Below are positions 63,519-64,000 of a stretch of 64,000 bases of DNA, in pieces. The stretch comes from Mobula birostris (taxonomy: Eukaryota), in assembly GCF_030028105.1 (NCBI RefSeq), contig NC_092374.1, positions 179,941,487 to 180,005,486 of the forward strand. Reading direction: 5' to 3'. How positions within the stretch are numbered: the stretch's first letter is position 1; each line of letters opens with the position of its first letter. The notes beneath the pieces were generated by a model. It made no database searches, was not told where the DNA came from, and saw nothing but the letters and a program-made list of their open reading frames with translations. Made by a program: the position numbers and the translations under genes.

Positions 63519-64000
63519 CCCTCCCCCACCCTTTACACAAGCAGCAGCCCCTCCTGCGCCAGCAGGAGCACCGACCCTTCCCCCAACCATGCCAACAAAG
63601 CAGAAGCCCAAAGAGTCCCTGATCCAGAATCTATCAGAAGGGATTTGCAGAGGTGTTTTTTTTCTTGCCCAGAGTGTAATGGGTAGCTGGAGCTCACTGC
63701 CTGAGGGAGAGGGGACAAGAGGGTTGAGAGCTTCAAATGCCTAGGTGTGACTAGACCAATACGTGGTTATACCGTCAGAGATACCGCAGCCAATGAGGTT
63801 GGGATTCTAAACTCCACATATCAATCAGTAACTTTGAACAGTACATTGCTAACTGTTGATTGATATGTAGGAGCGAGTCTGAGACTTCAACAGGTACCCA
63901 GGCGATGTGCTGTTGATCTCATTGTCCCAGTATGGCTTTTCTTCAACAACTGAGAATGTTGCTACCTCTGCTGTTTTGCCTTATCCCAGTGACCGAGCAA

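Noticed and set aside
1-64000. CRISPR array, prophage or other prokaryotic system
   Set aside because: No regularly spaced repeats or operon-like ORFs; the sequence is intron- and retroelement-rich vertebrate DNA.

Overview
Eukaryotic genomic DNA, most likely from a cartilaginous fish (batoid/ray). This is inferred from the repeat content (abundant CR1 LINEs, HE1-type SINEs, Rex1/Babar, Penelope-like elements). Most ORF-track entries are repeat-derived or spurious. Two spliced genes can be rebuilt by hand, head-to-head, with start codons about 3.1 kb apart. (1) On the minus strand are the first three coding exons of PIGC (6118-5968, 3589-3520, 1997-1843); the rest lies left of the window. Its CDS is split by introns, unlike the single-coding-exon human gene. 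(2) On the plus strand is an unnamed gene of at least 11 exons (ATG 9233 to TGA 50733, 539 aa in my model). It is built from four tandem copies of a three-exon cassette (intron phases 2-1-2), and three copies carry a conserved module, IG-x4-RWN-x-[VL]K-x2-L-x3-[ST]DE-x-MA-x2-LLD-x-[FY]. Its fourth cassette contains an in-frame TGA. The introns hold many Penelope-derived termini with hammerhead-ribozyme cores (two sequence families, several as fold-back insertions with target-site duplications). They also hold a full-length but decayed Passport-like Tc1, a young CR1 and RTE-related elements. All exon models come from reading splice sites and phases; there is no expression or database evidence.
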